A stretch of DNA of 64,000 bases from Minisyncoccota bacterium (GTDB lineage: Bacteria; Patescibacteriota; Minisyncoccia; Phycocordibacterales; XYD1-FULL-46-19). Where the stretch lies: the NCBI GenBank assembly GCA_041649495.1, contig JBAZMZ010000003.1:6602-70601 (forward strand), read 5' to 3'. Position 1 is the first letter of the stretch. Each line of letters begins with the position of its first letter. Below, one piece after another: positions 63,546-64,000 of the stretch. Made by a program: the position numbers and the translations under genes. The notes under the pieces are model-generated. The model made no database searches and was not told the origin of the DNA. It was given only the letters and a program-made list of their open reading frames with translations.

Positions 63546-64000
63546 TGGAAACTTGGATTAAAGTGCGGAACAAAATTATCTCGTGGAAATATCGGTGGAT
63601 TTTGAAACCGATTTTGTTTAAGTTTGATCCGGAAAATGTGCATAATTGGTTTATCGAGATTGGCAAATTTTTGGGGAAATTTAGAGCGACTAATTGGCTA
63701 ACGAAAATTTGCTTTGACTATGAGAATCCAACTCTTGAGCAAGAAATTTTAGGCATCAAATTTAAAAATCCAATTGGGCTCGCGGCCGGCTTCGACAAAA
63801 ACGCCGAGATGATTGATATTATGCCAGCGGTCGGGTTTGGGTTTACCGAAGTGGGATCCGTGACTGGGCGAGCGTGTGAGGGGAACGCGCGACCGCGACT
63901 TTGGCGTCTGCCAAAGTCGCGGGGTTTAATTGTTTATTATGGGCTGAAGAATAATGGGGCGGAGGAAGTCGTACTTCACGTAGCCAAGTCCGACTTCCGA
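63546..64000 (+). CDS. pyrD: dihydroorotate dehydrogenase (N-terminal part; continues beyond window) with an in-frame mini-element at the window edge
   Basis: LGIKFKNPIGLAAGFDKNAE, GFGFTEVGSVT, RPRLWRL; the last 36 bp (GAAGTCGTACTTCACGTAGCCAAGTCCGACTTCCGA) are a mini-element read in-frame. Confidence 0.7.

Overview
This is a 64 kb window of about 42% GC from a compact, gene-dense bacterial genome. Most genes are on the + strand. The gene content and shortened enzymes point to a reduced-genome, CPR/Patescibacteria-like organism. The conserved backbone comprises prmC, ppsA, tgt, uvrB-uvrA-uvrC, a histidine-kinase/response-regulator pair, ddl, two ABC transporter clusters, ychF, leuS, mltG, mnmA, alaS, the infA-rpmJ-rpsM-rpsK-rpsD-rpoA-rplQ and rplM-rpsI ribosomal blocks, grpE-dnaK-dnaJ and a pyrD fragment. 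Two tRNA-Ala genes (GGC and UGC) are present. The main finding is a mobile palindrome system. A Y1 (HUH) tyrosine transposase of the IS200/REP-associated type sits in an element whose ends carry GAAGTCGAACTTC hairpins. Related 33-36 bp palindromic mini-elements (GAAGTC..GACTTC arms, AAGTGAGCCC spacer) and two further short repeat families are inserted in-frame into at least ten housekeeping genes. A second notable feature is a complete YdeN/RBBP9-type alpha/beta-hydrolase domain inserted at the start of the LeuRS editing (CP1) domain. Other items are a 2.3 kb high-GC two-gene island with an HhH-GPD-like glycosylase, an XRE-DUF4065 plus RelE-like toxin-antitoxin pair, islets at both tRNA-Ala genes, a 1.1 kb insertion flanked by duplicated alaS 3' ends, a probable RNase P RNA, two frameshifted genes, and TATAAT boxes 6-8 nt upstream of several start codons.
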